From NCBI GenBank assembly GCA_964502635.1, contig CAZCXI010000001.1:1-60447 (forward strand): DNA of 60,447 bases, read 5' to 3'. The notes under the pieces were generated by a model, which saw only the letters and a program-made list of their open reading frames with translations, did not search any database and was not told where the DNA came from. This stretch comes from an uncultured Desulfobacterales bacterium. Lineage in GTDB: Bacteria; Desulfobacterota; Desulfobacteria; Desulfobacterales; C00003060. Shown here piece by piece: positions 19,477 through 28,050 of the stretch (position 1 is the stretch's first letter; every line of letters starts with the position of its first letter). The position numbers and the translations under genes are program-made.

Positions 19477-19773
19477 CTATCTCTTGAGGTCCACGATGGT
19501 GGCACCCCAGCCGCCTCCATGGGCCGGGGCGTCTGAAAAGGATGCCACCATAGGGAGCTGTTTCAGCAAACCGCGAACCCGGTCCTTTAGCAATCCCTGC
19601 CCCTTGCCGTGGATGATCCGTACAGAATAAAGCCTGGCCTTCCGACAGGCGTTCAGGTATTCTTCAAGAAGGCTGGGGATTTCTTTGGGGGCAAAGGTAT
19701 GAAGATCAAGGACATCTTCGATGGGAACCTTGACAGGCCCTGTATGATTTTGGTCGCTCGACCCTCGCTCCAT
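19477..19773 (-). CDS. Smr-domain protein
   Basis: LDLHTF...VRIIHGKGQGLLK pattern of the Smr/MutS2 C-terminal domain. 98 aa. Confidence 0.7.
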   Translation of the reverse strand: MERGSSDQNHTGPVKVPIEDVLDLHTFAPKEIPSLLEEYLNACRKARLYSVRIIHGKGQGLLKDRVRGLLKQLPMVASFSDAPAHGGGWGATIVDLKR

Positions 19774-19811
19774 GGGTTGTGAGGATACCGATTTTGGTCA
19801 AAAGCGCAAGT

Positions 19812-20738
19812 ATGTTGCCTTCACATGAGAAAACACGGGATCAAGAGGAAGAAATAATCCTCCTTGGAGCCCATTTTTCCATTGCCGGGGGCTTGCATAA
19901 GGCCCTTTTGGCCACCCAGGAATACGGGTGCACGGCCTTACAGATCTTTACGAAAAATGCGAGCACCTGGAGGGAGCGGGGGCTTTCTTCTCAAGAGATT
20001 GACCAGTTCCAAGCTGTAAAAAAGGAAAGTGGCATCCGGTCCGTATGTGTGCATGCAGCCTATTTGATCAACCTGGCCTCGCCGGATCAAGGCAAATATG
20101 AAAAGTCCATCAAGGCCCTTGAACACGAACTCATACGCTCATCTCAACTGGGGATCCCCCACGTCATTATGCACCCGGGTGCCCACATGGGTATGGGAGA
20201 AGACAAGGGCTTGCAGCGCATTGCAGAAGGAATCAACAAGGTGTTTGACCGTGTGCCTGAAACCACCTGCCGGGTTCTTCTTGAGACCACGGCAGGCCAG
20301 GGGTCCAACCTGGGCTACACCTTTGAGCATCTGGCCGCTGTCGCGGCCATGGTGGAAGATGATAAGAGGATTGGCTTTTGTTTTGACACGTGCCATGTGT
20401 TTGCAGCGGGCTATGATTTACGCGGCGAAGTGGCTTACGGTCAGACCATGAAGGCCTTCGATGACACCCTTGGGCTCAAACGACTCCATGTGATTCACCT
20501 CAATGACGCCAAGAAGGGGCTTGGCAGCCGGCGCGATCGACACGAGCACATCGGCGAGGGGCACATCGGCCTTGAGGCGTTTCGATTCATCATGAACGAC
20601 TCCCGGCTCAAGGCCATCCCAAAGATCCTTGAAACACCCAAGCAGAAAGACCCCGTGGACTGCGACCGTTTGAATCTGGAACGGCTGCGGGGCCTGGTGC
20701 ATCACCGAGCTCACAGCAGCTTCGTTGCAATCTCATAA
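19812..20738 (+). CDS. nfo: Deoxyribonuclease IV (endonuclease IV)
   Basis: LLGAHFSIAGG, HPGAH and HLNDAKKGLGSRRDRHEHIGEGHIG motifs. Start ATG 19812 was chosen over the upstream GTG. 28-nt convergent overlap with the next gene. Confidence 0.85.
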   Translation: MLPSHEKTRDQEEEIILLGAHFSIAGGLHKALLATQEYGCTALQIFTKNASTWRERGLSSQEIDQFQAVKKESGIRSVCVHAAYLINLASPDQGKYEKSIKALEHELIRSSQLGIPHVIMHPGAHMGMGEDKGLQRIAEGINKVFDRVPETTCRVLLETTAGQGSNLGYTFEHLAAVAAMVEDDKRIGFCFDTCHVFAAGYDLRGEVAYGQTMKAFDDTLGLKRLHVIHLNDAKKGLGSRRDRHEHIGEGHIGLEAFRFIMNDSRLKAIPKILETPKQKDPVDCDRLNLERLRGLVHHRAHSSFVAIS

Positions 20739-21679
20739 ACACAGGCAAAGGCTTCACTCGATTGATCCAGCTTGGTCAGCGGAACCATTTCGGATACCAT
20801 CCTGTCTATCTGTTTATCGTAGACGATGCCCCCCAAGTCTGTGGGGTGTATCATAAGATACTTTTGGGCAACTAGCTGTATAATACGACCTGCATTCTTG
20901 TCATGGGTGTCCTTGGTCATGTTGGTAATCATGGCCGGCTGGATTCTTTCAATCTCTCTTTTCAGGGCCTCCACCATATCCGTGCCGTCAGCGTCTGCGA
21001 TCGCCTGAAAAAGCTCTTTGATGGTTCGCACCCTGAGCTCATTTTTCGGATTCATGGCGGTTTCAACCAAGGCCCTGAGGGACGGCTCTCGGCTGGAAAG
21101 TTGGCTTAACCTTCGGTATACTGCATTGCGAACAAAGGCATAGGCGTTCTGAATCGATGTCGGCTGTGGCGTCAGAACAGCAATCTTTTGGTGGGCAACA
21201 AGAAAAAAATCGAGGGCATTAAAAGAAGTCCCGGCTCCGAGATCAAGCACGACATGGTCGGCAGGGAGTCTGAAGATGTTCTGTATGATCTTGACTTTTT
21301 GGGCAAACTTGGGGTTGGCCAGGGAAAGAATTTCACCGGCGCCGCTGATGAGGCGAAGGTTTTCGATCTCAGTGGCAATGCAAATATCTTCTAATGAAGC
21401 AAATTTCCTAGTAATAAAATCATTCAGCGTGCGAGGCGGACTCTTGATCCCCATAAGGGTATGGAGATTCGCCCCTCCCAGATCGGTGTCCACAAGGATG
21501 GTCCGTTTATCCATACGAGTCAACCAAAAGGCCAGGAGGGTACTGATGATGCTCTTTCCCACCCCGCCTTTTCCTCCGCCCACGGCCCAGACCTTAGGAA
21601 ACGATTTTTTCTCAGCTTGCCGGCTTTCTTTCAATGCTACCCCTTCCCCTTGAGTCAGGGAGGTCTTATTTTTTAACAA
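20711..21679 (-). CDS. MinD/ParA-family P-loop ATPase
   Basis: Deviant Walker A GGGKGGVGKS and Walker B VVLDLGAG. 14-nt overlap with the upstream PilZ gene. Confidence 0.8.
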   Translation of the reverse strand: MLKNKTSLTQGEGVALKESRQAEKKSFPKVWAVGGGKGGVGKSIISTLLAFWLTRMDKRTILVDTDLGGANLHTLMGIKSPPRTLNDFITRKFASLEDICIATEIENLRLISGAGEILSLANPKFAQKVKIIQNIFRLPADHVVLDLGAGTSFNALDFFLVAHQKIAVLTPQPTSIQNAYAFVRNAVYRRLSQLSSREPSLRALVETAMNPKNELRVRTIKELFQAIADADGTDMVEALKREIERIQPAMITNMTKDTHDKNAGRIIQLVAQKYLMIHPTDLGGIVYDKQIDRMVSEMVPLTKLDQSSEAFACVYEIATKLL

Positions 21680-22835
21680 GAGACTCCCATAAGCTCCAGA
21701 TCAGATTCTGCTCACCGTCGCTTCCATAACAATACCCTTCCAAAAGCTCCCGGTCAGGATCGGTCATCTCCTCGAATTTTATGCCTACCACCGTGCTGGT
21801 TTTTCCCTCATGAGAGACCTCTTTGCTCCAGGCAATCGTGCCCAAGATATGAAGCTTCATGGCGGCCGACGGTAACCCCATTTCAATCTTGACCTTTCTG
21901 CCTACCATGTCGGCGGACGGACCTGTTTGATACGTCGCACCTAAAATGATACAGGCCCCGCCCAGGGAGATGTCGTCGGTGAAGCCGTTGAGAAACAAAG
22001 GTGTCTTGCCTATCTCTTCTCGAAACACCTTCATGCTCACCTTGGTTGGCAGTTGATGTCTGGCCGTCTTCCGGACGGTCGGGGAAGGGATCTCTCCCCC
22101 TAGTTCAGAGCGCGCCTTGTATAGTTCATTCACCAGACGTTCGACATGTGGATATTTCTCGCAAAGCGCCATCAGCCTTGGTTTTGAGATCTTCACTAAC
22201 TCCGCTCTGGTGATGGTCTCCACATCTGATTCGGATACGCGGTCTCCGTCAAAGGGATAAATATCGCCAAAGAAATCGTTGTCCACCAAGTCTATCGTGG
22301 TTTTCTTGTGAACTCTCCCTCCCTCCTCCAAAGGATGGTAGGTCGTCTCTTTCAAGGCTCCAGAAACAACCAAGTACATGTCGTTTTGTACGCCTCCGAA
22401 CTTCTTCAATACCCTGCCGGCTCGAAAACGAATCCGCACCAACTGGACCATGAAAGCAACCATTTGAGGATAGCTCATTTGGGCCAAAAAACGCTGCACC
22501 GGCGTATCTTCTGAAATCCCTTTGCAGAGGGCCACATGAAAGGCTTTGCCCTCTTGCTGGGCAGGCCGAACGATACGCCACTCAGAAATCTTGGATACGA
22601 TGGCCTGCAGCCCCATGCCTGCCTCAATGAAATACCTGGCAGCGGCTCTGTAAGCATCGGCTGCTGCGTCAAAGGATTTCTGTCGGGCCAACAAATCAGC
22701 AAGGGCACGATGGAGTCCTGGATCGTTGGGAAAGACTTTGAGTAGATTCTCAAATTCTCCCACGGAATCAATCGTCAAAGACCCATCTATAATGCGCTTG
22801 ACGATGCTGCTGTGTGTCTCAAGGTGGTGACTCAA
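21666..22835 (-). CDS. Cyclic-nucleotide-binding-like domain plus PilZ-domain protein
   Basis: Central cNMP-binding-like segment (MYLVVSGALKE...FFGDIYPF...ETITRAELVKI). C-terminal PilZ signatures RKTARHQ and DISLGGA. Confidence 0.7.
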   Translation of the reverse strand: MSHHLETHSSIVKRIIDGSLTIDSVGEFENLLKVFPNDPGLHRALADLLARQKSFDAAADAYRAAARYFIEAGMGLQAIVSKISEWRIVRPAQQEGKAFHVALCKGISEDTPVQRFLAQMSYPQMVAFMVQLVRIRFRAGRVLKKFGGVQNDMYLVVSGALKETTYHPLEEGGRVHKKTTIDLVDNDFFGDIYPFDGDRVSESDVETITRAELVKISKPRLMALCEKYPHVERLVNELYKARSELGGEIPSPTVRKTARHQLPTKVSMKVFREEIGKTPLFLNGFTDDISLGGACIILGATYQTGPSADMVGRKVKIEMGLPSAAMKLHILGTIAWSKEVSHEGKTSTVVGIKFEEMTDPDRELLEGYCYGSDGEQNLIWSLWESLVKK

Positions 22836-22849
22836 CTTTTACTCCCCGG

Positions 22850-23161
22850 CTAAATGTTCTTTCCACCTTTCATGGATTCTATGATGGCATCTATACGCTT
22901 ATTCATCACATCGCTCTTTTGATAAGAAAGGCGCACAATTTTGTACAATGATCTCATTTTGGTGTCAAATTTGAGCAACATTTCAACCAGCTGTGCCAGA
23001 GTCTCCGTCATGGATCCGATCTGCTTCTGAATATCCTCGGGGGTGGCCCCGGGTTGCGTGTCGGCTTTATCTTGTTTGAGGCCCGTGATCAAGTCCTCGA
23101 GGTCTTCTTTTTCCTCGTCCGAAAGACCAACATTCAACGCTGCAGGGGGTTCTTTAGCCAC
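22850..23161 (-). CDS. Hypothetical small acidic/helical protein
   Basis: 103-aa ORF with a GTG start, co-oriented and 14 nt upstream of the PilZ gene. I recognise no family. Confidence 0.45.
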   Translation of the reverse strand: MAKEPPAALNVGLSDEEKEDLEDLITGLKQDKADTQPGATPEDIQKQIGSMTETLAQLVEMLLKFDTKMRSLYKIVRLSYQKSDVMNKRIDAIIESMKGGKNI

Positions 23162-23178
23162 GGTATCCCAACATCAGG

Positions 23179-23392
23179 GTTGATGGTTTCGCAAAAAGTC
23201 GATTTTACTCATTCCGTGAACATTTAGGGGCACTTGAGATGTTCAGCTAAAATGCTAACACGCGGTGAAACTCTGCGCTCAACTCGGGCTAATGCCCTCA
23301 AACAGTAAGCATTTCTTAACGCCAGACATCTCACGTGCCTTTCTCCCAAAATGCTCAATGTCGTTCGGAAAACACTTCTTACGAGTCTGTCA
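23179..23392. repeat. Complete copy of the R1 intergenic palindromic element (MITE/REP-like)
   Basis: The left end gttgatggtttcgcaaaaagtcgattttactca recurs inverted at 10376-10409 and degenerate at 58-91. The internal arms 23213-23259 and 23304-23358 are imperfect inverted repeats. There is no ORF. Confidence 0.7.
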
Positions 23393-24268
23393 CGATTGAT
23401 CAAACTTGTTAAACTCGTCCTTGATCCGCTTGTCTATGGCAGCCATGCTTTCCTTGGCTTCAAGGGTTGCGTCCAGCGTCCGACCACCTTGCCTTGAGCC
23501 GGGCCCACGTCTTTTTTGAAAAACGATAAAACTCAATAACGCGACAAGAACGATGGAAAGGACCATGAGTATAGCCAACGGGTATGTTTGCCATGGGCTG
23601 TGCTGGACAGAATGGTTCACGGACGGACCTTGTCTGTCAGGCTCTGGCTTTGCGATCTCTCCCACAGCGGTGGCTGGTTCTCTGGGCAACGTGGCAGATC
23701 GTTTTGCCGGGTCCTGCGGAGGCCTCTGTGAATGTCCCGGAGCCTCCTGTATAGCCGGTTTATTCTTGAAGCTGCGAGGTTGTTCCAACGGCTTGTCCGC
23801 CTCCGCCACTGCCCTCTCGGAGCCCTCCTGGATCGATCCTCCGAATATGACATTCTCAGGGGGTGTTTCCATCCGGTAGATGTCTAGAACAACGCGTTCG
23901 GGGTTGGAAAGAGAAAAAGACTTGAGCCTGAAATATGGAAAAGAAAGGGTAATCTGAGCAGCCAAATGGGTGTCTCGCTGGACAAATTCAATGGTATCAA
24001 CCCGTTTGGTTGTTTCACTCGATATCTGCCGCGGCAAGGCGGTTGTGGTATCAAGAAATACCACGGAAAGCTTTCCCTTCCCTCTAACCTGAGGTTTCTC
24101 AAACACGGCTGGGCCACGGAATTCAAAGACGACTCTTGTGAACCCTTCGTGCTCGCCAATTCTAATATATCTTAATTGAGCCCCTTGAGCCGACCCAATC
24201 AGCCACGAAGACACAATACCGACCAATGAGACCGTCACGACGAGTTTGATCTTGCTCAAGGTCATCAT
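23390..24268 (-). CDS. AMIN-domain protein with a C-terminal membrane anchor
   Basis: Signal peptide, AMIN-like block (LRYIRIGEHEGFTRVVFEF...RVVLDIY), a Pro-rich linker, one transmembrane helix and a short cytoplasmic tail. Confidence 0.55.
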   Translation of the reverse strand: MMTLSKIKLVVTVSLVGIVSSWLIGSAQGAQLRYIRIGEHEGFTRVVFEFRGPAVFEKPQVRGKGKLSVVFLDTTTALPRQISSETTKRVDTIEFVQRDTHLAAQITLSFPYFRLKSFSLSNPERVVLDIYRMETPPENVIFGGSIQEGSERAVAEADKPLEQPRSFKNKPAIQEAPGHSQRPPQDPAKRSATLPREPATAVGEIAKPEPDRQGPSVNHSVQHSPWQTYPLAILMVLSIVLVALLSFIVFQKRRGPGSRQGGRTLDATLEAKESMAAIDKRIKDEFNKFDQS

Positions 24269-24762
24269 TAAGCAGGCCCTTTGATGAAATCAGAATCCCT
24301 TGGAGTTCAAACTGCATACCACAGCTCAAGAGTTTTTGCCAACAGTTTGAAGCTCTCCTGCAGCTTGGGGCGGGGCAGCTGCGACCGTTTAGGGTTCGGC
24401 TGTTTTTCAGACTGGCGGGTTGTCATTTTAGATCAAAGGGAAGGGGACGGACGATGGCTGGTGAGATACACAGGAGCAGGGTGCTGCCGCCGGACGAGAT
24501 CGAGTACACTTAGGCGCTCATGTCCGCCAAGCGGGTACATCTCCGGCCCCTAAGAGTGACAACCGGCGGCAAGATCAGCACTAGGGTTGCCGGTGGTAAA
24601 TCTCATGGAAGATCGAAGGCATAGTGGGGTGCTTCAGTCCCGGATTTGAATGAGTCCTTGTTTTATCTGCAGATTCCCAACCTAAAATGACCCCCATGGG
24701 CACCATCAGTTTGACCGGAAGACGGACTAAGGCAGAGCCCTTTTTCTCACACTGGTGATCTT

Positions 24763-24806
24763 TTAACCCTAGCGTTGGTGCGCGGTTTTACCAACGCTAG
24801 GGTTAA
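24763..24806. terminator. Perfect 17-bp stem hairpin at a gene 3' end
   Basis: ttaaccctagcgttggt (24763-24779), a 10-nt loop, then accaacgctagggttaa (24790-24806). The right arm contains the stop codon of the 24803..25426 gene. There is no clear U-tract on the minus strand. Confidence 0.5.
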
Positions 24807-25426
24807 TACACGAGTACTAACCCGAGATGCGATATGAAAGGTACGTCTGATGGTGTGGTAGCCGTTCCAACGGGATAGATATCCCAGCCTGCCCGTGCTG
24901 CCATCTTGTAGGCATCCATTCCCACCGCATGCATGGAAGGCCTCCCCTTCAAAGGATGCCGGCATGACTTTTCGGCTTGCAAAGCGCTGCAATCCTCATT
25001 CAAGCAAAGGGTGGTCTTGCACGAGGCTCCGCCAAACCCAACGGCCAGATAGTAGCCATCATAATATGCCTGTGCCTCGATCTTTGATACAATTTCAAGA
25101 TTCTTCACCTTCATCTCGTGGCTGCTCGCACCGTCTTTCTCATAAGGCCCGTCCACTTTGAAGAGGATAGCGTATTGGAAGCCCTCAACGACTGTTTTAA
25201 CCCATTCCGCATCGGGCGTTTGAGGTGGACAATTGATGTTTGTCCCGCTTACTGGACATTTAGGAAATAAGCATTTAGCCACTACTCTGCGGTCAACAAC
25301 CACGTCATTAGATCGTATGATTCTGGCGGCCGTGGCCCCCAGTTCGACAGCTTTTTGCCTGTATCCTTCCAGATCGCTACGAAGGCTCTGTTCTGAAATC
25401 TCGTGTGCAATTCTGCGAAGCATCAC
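24803..25426 (-). CDS. DUF2284-like predicted metal-binding protein
   Basis: Cys pattern CLFPKCPVSGTNINCPP ... CKTTLCLNEDC ... C, as I recall for DUF2284. 207 aa. Confidence 0.5.
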   Translation of the reverse strand: MMLRRIAHEISEQSLRSDLEGYRQKAVELGATAARIIRSNDVVVDRRVVAKCLFPKCPVSGTNINCPPQTPDAEWVKTVVEGFQYAILFKVDGPYEKDGASSHEMKVKNLEIVSKIEAQAYYDGYYLAVGFGGASCKTTLCLNEDCSALQAEKSCRHPLKGRPSMHAVGMDAYKMAARAGWDIYPVGTATTPSDVPFISHLGLVLVY

Positions 25427-25486
25427 GTCCCAGCCCTGTCTTTGTCTTGTGAAAAGCTTACCACATGTATTGGTGTCGAGTAGGTA

Positions 25487-25675
25487 TCAACTCGTCATCC
25501 AATGTTTGTCATCCAATATTCTGTAAGCATTCTTGATCACATCTTCCAGTCTCATTCTGTAATCCATGGGAAGGTTCTTGTAGTTGTAAAACATGATTTC
25601 TCCGGCGCCCCTGGCTATCATTTCCACCGCCTTGCGGTCGTCAGGAGTCAGGCTCTCTTTGCTCAGTTTGTTCAT
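25487..25675 (-). CDS. Hypothetical small protein
   Basis: AGGAG RBS before ATG 25675. 62 aa with no recognisable motif. Confidence 0.4.
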   Translation of the reverse strand: MNKLSKESLTPDDRKAVEMIARGAGEIMFYNYKNLPMDYRMRLEDVIKNAYRILDDKHWMTS

Positions 25676-26125
25676 AGAACACTCCTGGCAGATTGATATG
25701 CATAGACCATCGGCCCTCCGGTTCTGAGAGGCAGGCCCCAGGTGAGCATGACTCACCAGGGGCCTGAAACAGGAGAAAAGAGATGAAGCCTAGCAGCTTC
25801 ATCCGAACACGGGGCCTTTGAGTGGAGGGTCAGCGCCATCAAGATCCCGTATGTTTATTATCTCAACACGTCACACAAGAAGTCCAATAGCAAATATCAA
25901 TCAATCGGTATGGCTGATATGGAAAAAATCTATAGAATAGACAAGAACCCTTAGGATTGTATTGTAAATTTCAATAACGATAGCCCACCATTATTGATAT
26001 TACATATTTGACACCTGTGTCTAAAGTAGAGAAAATTGATCGATTTTGCCTAATGGCAGCGCTTTGCCTGCTGAGCAAAAGCAGCTGTGGACGGCCTCAC
26101 TTCCGCCATGAAAAGGAAAGGTCAT

Positions 26126-26722
26126 ATGGAAACATTGAACTGCCGAGGGCTTGCCTGTCCCCAACCGGTGCTCCGGACAAAGCAGTTTATTGAATCCAAT
26201 CCGCAGGCCTTAGAATTCACGGTCGTAGTCGACAATGCCGCCTCTGCCCAAAACGTGTTGCGCTTTGTGGAAAGCCAGGGTTGCACTGCGTCCCTTCAGC
26301 AAACGGGTTCTGAGTTTGAGATTAAGGCCGTGAGGTCCCAAGAGACCATGGGTGAACCGGCTGAAAAAGACGTGGCAGAGACCAGCCAAAAAACCCTGGT
26401 ACTGATCACCAAAAATACCATGGGCTCTGGTGACGATCTTTTGGGAGCGGGCCTCATGTTGAATTTCTTGAAAACGATTAACGAGATGGGAGAGTCCCTC
26501 TGGAGACTGATTTTCTTAAACAGCGGGGTGAAGCTGACCATCGAAGGGGCCGAGACTTTGCCCGTCATACAACAACTCGAGGCCGAGGGTGTCAGTGTCC
26601 TGGTATGCGGCACCTGTTTGAATCATTTTAATCTGCTGGAGCAAAAAAAGGTCGGAGAAACCACCAACATGTTGGACATTGTCACCAGCATGCAACTTGC
26701 CGACAAAGTGATTAGCCCTTGA
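26126..26722 (+). CDS. yedF: Sulfurtransferase-like selenium-metabolism protein YedF (TusA domain plus DsrE-like domain)
   Basis: N-terminal TusA motif RGLACPQPVL, and a C-terminal domain with VLITKNTMGSGDDLLG and VCGTCLNHF, as in long-form YedF. Confidence 0.75.
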   Translation: METLNCRGLACPQPVLRTKQFIESNPQALEFTVVVDNAASAQNVLRFVESQGCTASLQQTGSEFEIKAVRSQETMGEPAEKDVAETSQKTLVLITKNTMGSGDDLLGAGLMLNFLKTINEMGESLWRLIFLNSGVKLTIEGAETLPVIQQLEAEGVSVLVCGTCLNHFNLLEQKKVGETTNMLDIVTSMQLADKVISP

Positions 26723-26761
26723 CGGGCTTGAGAACCCGAACTTGAACTTATCTCGAACAGC

Positions 26762-28036
26762 ATGAATGAACAGTACGAAAAAATGTGGGAGGAACTCGGG
26801 CTGGATATCACCGCCCATGACGGGCTGTTGAAGGTCCTTGGAAAATTCTATGGTGATATCTATCTCACCCAGGATAACCGCCTAAAAGGAATGGAATATT
26901 TAGATTTCGTGCTGTCGGAAGTCCACGGCCTTCGCATCAAGGAACTCCAAGATGCCAAAGCTGCCGGCAAGAAGATCATTGGCACCTTCTGCGTGTTTGT
27001 ACCGGAAGAGCTGATTTGGGCTGTCAACGGTGTGGCGATCGGCCTTTGCGCAGGCGCTGAGATCGGCAAAGAAGCAGCTGAAAAGATCTTACCCCGAAGC
27101 ACCTGTGCTTTGATCAAGTCCTTTGTGGGCTTTAAGCTCTCAAGGCTCTGTCCCTATATTGAATGCTGCGATTTAGTCGTCGGCGAAACCACCTGTGATG
27201 GCAAAAAAAAGGCCTACGAGATTTTCGAAGAATACGCGCCTATGTATATCCTGGAACTCCCGCAGATGAAAGGGCCATCCGATCGAGCCCTCTTTAGGAA
27301 TGAGGTGTTGAAGTTTAAGGCAAAGATGGAAGAGATCAGTGCCCAAGAAATTACGGCTGAAAAACTAAGGGAGGCTATCCAACTCATCAACAGCCGGCGG
27401 AGGGCTTTACAGAGGCTTAATGAGCTGCGCAAAGCCGTTCCCACACCGATTTCCGGAAGGGACGCACTGCTTATCAATCAGATCTCATTCTACGATGACC
27501 CAGTGCGGTTTACTGCCAAGATCAATGAGCTTTGTGATGAGCTTGAAAAGCGTGTGGCACAGGGCAAGGGGATCGTTGAAGATGGCATCCCGCGACTCAT
27601 GACCTCCGGGTGCCCCATGGCCGTGCCCAATTGGAAACTTCCTTACGTCGTGGAGTCCTCCGGGGCGGTCATCGTGGGAGAGGAATCGTGCATCGGCACA
27701 CGAAACACAAGGGATCTCGTGGATGAGACGGGCAACTCAGTGGAACATATGATCGAGGCCATCGTGGATCGTTATATGCGTATTGACTGTGCCTGCTTTA
27801 CCCCCAATCCTGAACGTCTCGAACACATTGTGGAGATGGCCAAGGACCTTAAGGTGGATGGTGTCATCCATTACGCCCTTCAATTCTGTCATCCTTATAC
27901 CATTGAAGCTTACAAGGTGGAAAAGGTCCTGGAGACGGAGAATATTCCTGTGCTCAGGATTGAGACAGACTACAGCATGGAAGACGTTGAACAGCTTAAA
28001 ACGCGCGTGGAGGCCTTCGTGGAAATTGTGAAGTAA
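26762..28036 (+). CDS. 2-hydroxyacyl-CoA-dehydratase-family protein, probably a double-cubane-cluster-type anaerobic reductase
   Basis: 424 aa, with conserved Cys spaced as in HgdB/BcrC-like proteins (FCVFVPEE, STCALIKS, GETTCDGKKK, SGCPM, EESCIG, DCACFT, LQFCHPY). Followed by its ATPase partner. Confidence 0.65.
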   Translation: MNEQYEKMWEELGLDITAHDGLLKVLGKFYGDIYLTQDNRLKGMEYLDFVLSEVHGLRIKELQDAKAAGKKIIGTFCVFVPEELIWAVNGVAIGLCAGAEIGKEAAEKILPRSTCALIKSFVGFKLSRLCPYIECCDLVVGETTCDGKKKAYEIFEEYAPMYILELPQMKGPSDRALFRNEVLKFKAKMEEISAQEITAEKLREAIQLINSRRRALQRLNELRKAVPTPISGRDALLINQISFYDDPVRFTAKINELCDELEKRVAQGKGIVEDGIPRLMTSGCPMAVPNWKLPYVVESSGAVIVGEESCIGTRNTRDLVDETGNSVEHMIEAIVDRYMRIDCACFTPNPERLEHIVEMAKDLKVDGVIHYALQFCHPYTIEAYKVEKVLETENIPVLRIETDYSMEDVEQLKTRVEAFVEIVK

Positions 28037-28050
28037 GCGGGGATACTTAG

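Noticed and set aside
24269-24762. A 490-bp ORF-poor spacer. It contains ggaagatcg (24607-24615), which resembles the 5' end of E. coli tRNA-Sec, and a ttcaaatcc-like string on the minus strand. I considered tRNA-Sec, tmRNA, RNase P RNA, SRP RNA and a cobalamin riboswitch.
   Set aside because: I could not find an acceptor/T-arm pairing, a GGTTCGA-type T-loop, the RNase P P4 strings (GAGGAAAGTCCGGGC / ACAGAACCCGGCTTA) or a B12 box. The listed 90-aa ORF (24281..24553) is Cys/Arg/Gly-rich and does not look like a protein. It may still hold a leader or sRNA, but I cannot support one.
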